Below are positions 24,913 to 26,010 of a stretch of DNA of 26,010 bases, one piece after another. How positions within the stretch are numbered: position 1 is the first letter of the stretch; each line of letters begins with the position of its first letter. The notes below the pieces were generated by a model. It did not search any database. It was given only the letters and a program-made list of their open reading frames with translations, and was not told the DNA's origin. The position numbers and the translations under genes are program-made. The DNA comes from Candidatus Micrarchaeales archaeon (GTDB lineage: Archaea; Micrarchaeota; Micrarchaeia; Anstonellales; J096), in assembly GCA_039793475.1 (NCBI GenBank), contig JBAMLP010000040.1, forward strand, positions 1 to 26,010, in the 5' to 3' direction.

Positions 24913-26010
24913 ATGAGAATAGGAAGAGTATTTATTTTGTTTTTGGTTTTTGCGTTGCTTCTCACCATGGGCTGTTTCCAGAAACCAGAGGCGCACTGCT
25001 GTCTGTACAAAAAAGCTCAAAGTGATTTGTGCTATTTTGCAGACAAGCTCGCAGAAAACTCGAGTTACACTGGTGAAACTAACTGCAAAATATGGAAAGA
25101 AAATGATGAGCCAGTTTTCTGCGAAGTTGATAAATTCAATTACAGCATATGCTCAGAATGGGAAACAAAATCCTGTGTCGAGGGATGCTCAGGAATGCTC
25201 TGCGGGGATTTTGGAAAAATAGGAATTCCCATGCACCTGAGCTCGGAGGATTTGAAAAATGGAACCATAGATATCCTCACAGGCCAGGGTGCTGTTTTTG
25301 CTCTCCTGCATGCAGAATGCAATATTCTGAAGATGACTCCTTCTGTTGAGCGTGCAATGAGAAAAGGGATTTTGCTCAATAGTTTTAGGTTTGGGATCGG
25401 AAACAGTTTTGAGGAGTACGACAACTACCGCTACCTCTTCCCACTCTCCGACAAAATTTTCAATTCCTACACCGCAACAAAAGATAGGTATTCAAACTAT
25501 TTTTTTATTAAAAAGGAATGCAGAGAACAAAATGGTTATTATTCGTGCCCCACGAACAACAAGAAATACTCCTCTTATTACGAATGCGAATGGGATTGCA
25601 GGGGCATAAACCCTGCGATGGTCTGCTCTGCGAGCATGGAAGAGTTCTCCCTTCCAAACTCTCCTTTTGGGGATGAACTTGGGCATGCAAAACACTGGTA
25701 CGGCGGGCTTTTCTGGGCAGATGTTGAAGATGAGACCGCATCCGGAAGGGGGAACACTTTTTGGAGCATGGGCAAGGTTGACCTGCAATATCCGAATGAT
25801 GGAAGAACTGCAAATGTTGGTGTTTTAAAGTTTGCAAAGAAAGAGAGTGGGTTAACTGCTGCAACTGTTGGGATTTTTGGTTTTAAAGAAATTCCAACCT
25901 ATTATGCAAATGTTCTTCCAAGGCATACTGTTTACAGCACGCAGATTTTTGAAGGCGGAAAGGCTGAATTTGAATGTGAGAGTGGATTAGAGTGCTATTC
26001 AAGTATTTGC
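24913..26010 (+). CDS. Cys-rich secreted lipoprotein-like protein, 3'-truncated by the window edge (absent from the ORF track)
   Basis: RBS AGGTGA at 24903-24908. My translation, MRIGRVFILFLVFALLLTMGCFQKPEAHCCLYKK..., stays open for 366 codons to the window end. It has a lipobox-like LTMG|C and many Cys. Confidence 0.85.
   Translation, partial: MRIGRVFILFLVFALLLTMGCFQKPEAHCCLYKKAQSDLCYFADKLAENSSYTGETNCKIWKENDEPVFCEVDKFNYSICSEWETKSCVEGCSGMLCGDFGKIGIPMHLSSEDLKNGTIDILTGQGAVFALLHAECNILKMTPSVERAMRKGILLNSFRFGIGNSFEEYDNYRYLFPLSDKIFNSYTATKDRYSNYFFIKKECREQNGYYSCPTNNKKYSSYYECEWDCRGINPAMVCSASMEEFSLPNSPFGDELGHAKHWYGGLFWADVEDETASGRGNTFWSMGKVDLQYPNDGRTANVGVLKFAKKESGLTAATVGIFGFKEIPTYYANVLPRHTVYSTQIFEGGKAEFECESGLECYSSIC

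Noticed and set aside
1-26010. CRISPR array, rRNA or IS element
   Set aside because: No regularly spaced repeats, rRNA-like segments or transposase motifs were seen; nearly all sequence is accounted for by CDSs.

Overview
A 26 kb gene-dense archaeal chromosomal segment, most likely DPANN. Separate, unfused priL/priS genes plus R15P isomerase and FtsZ2-like genes point to the Micrarchaeota/Iainarchaeota side; this is an inference. Left to right: (1) tRNA-Gly(CCC), absent from the ORF track, split at T-loop position 59/60 by a 178-nt structured intron with a perfect bulge-helix-bulge; (2) ribose-1,5-bisphosphate isomerase, a hypothetical gene, ATP-dependent DNA ligase and a vapBC pair; (3) two tandem ftsZ paralogs and the oligosaccharyltransferase aglB; (4) two adjacent genes with paralogous peptidoglycan-binding domains, one fused to an intact YkuD_2 L,D-transpeptidase-family domain, neither with a signal peptide; (5) a P-loop kinase-dCMP deaminase fusion, a SecB-like protein, priS/priL and a relBE-type pair with a 3x10-bp operator; (6) a GNAT, a zinc-ribbon protein and a surface protein; (7) a tightly packed operon of six paralogous CedA/VirB6-like membrane proteins followed by a Cys-rich lipoprotein that runs off the right edge. 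No CRISPR array, rRNA, transposase, integrase or viral genes were seen. All family assignments come from motif recognition by eye; no searches were run.
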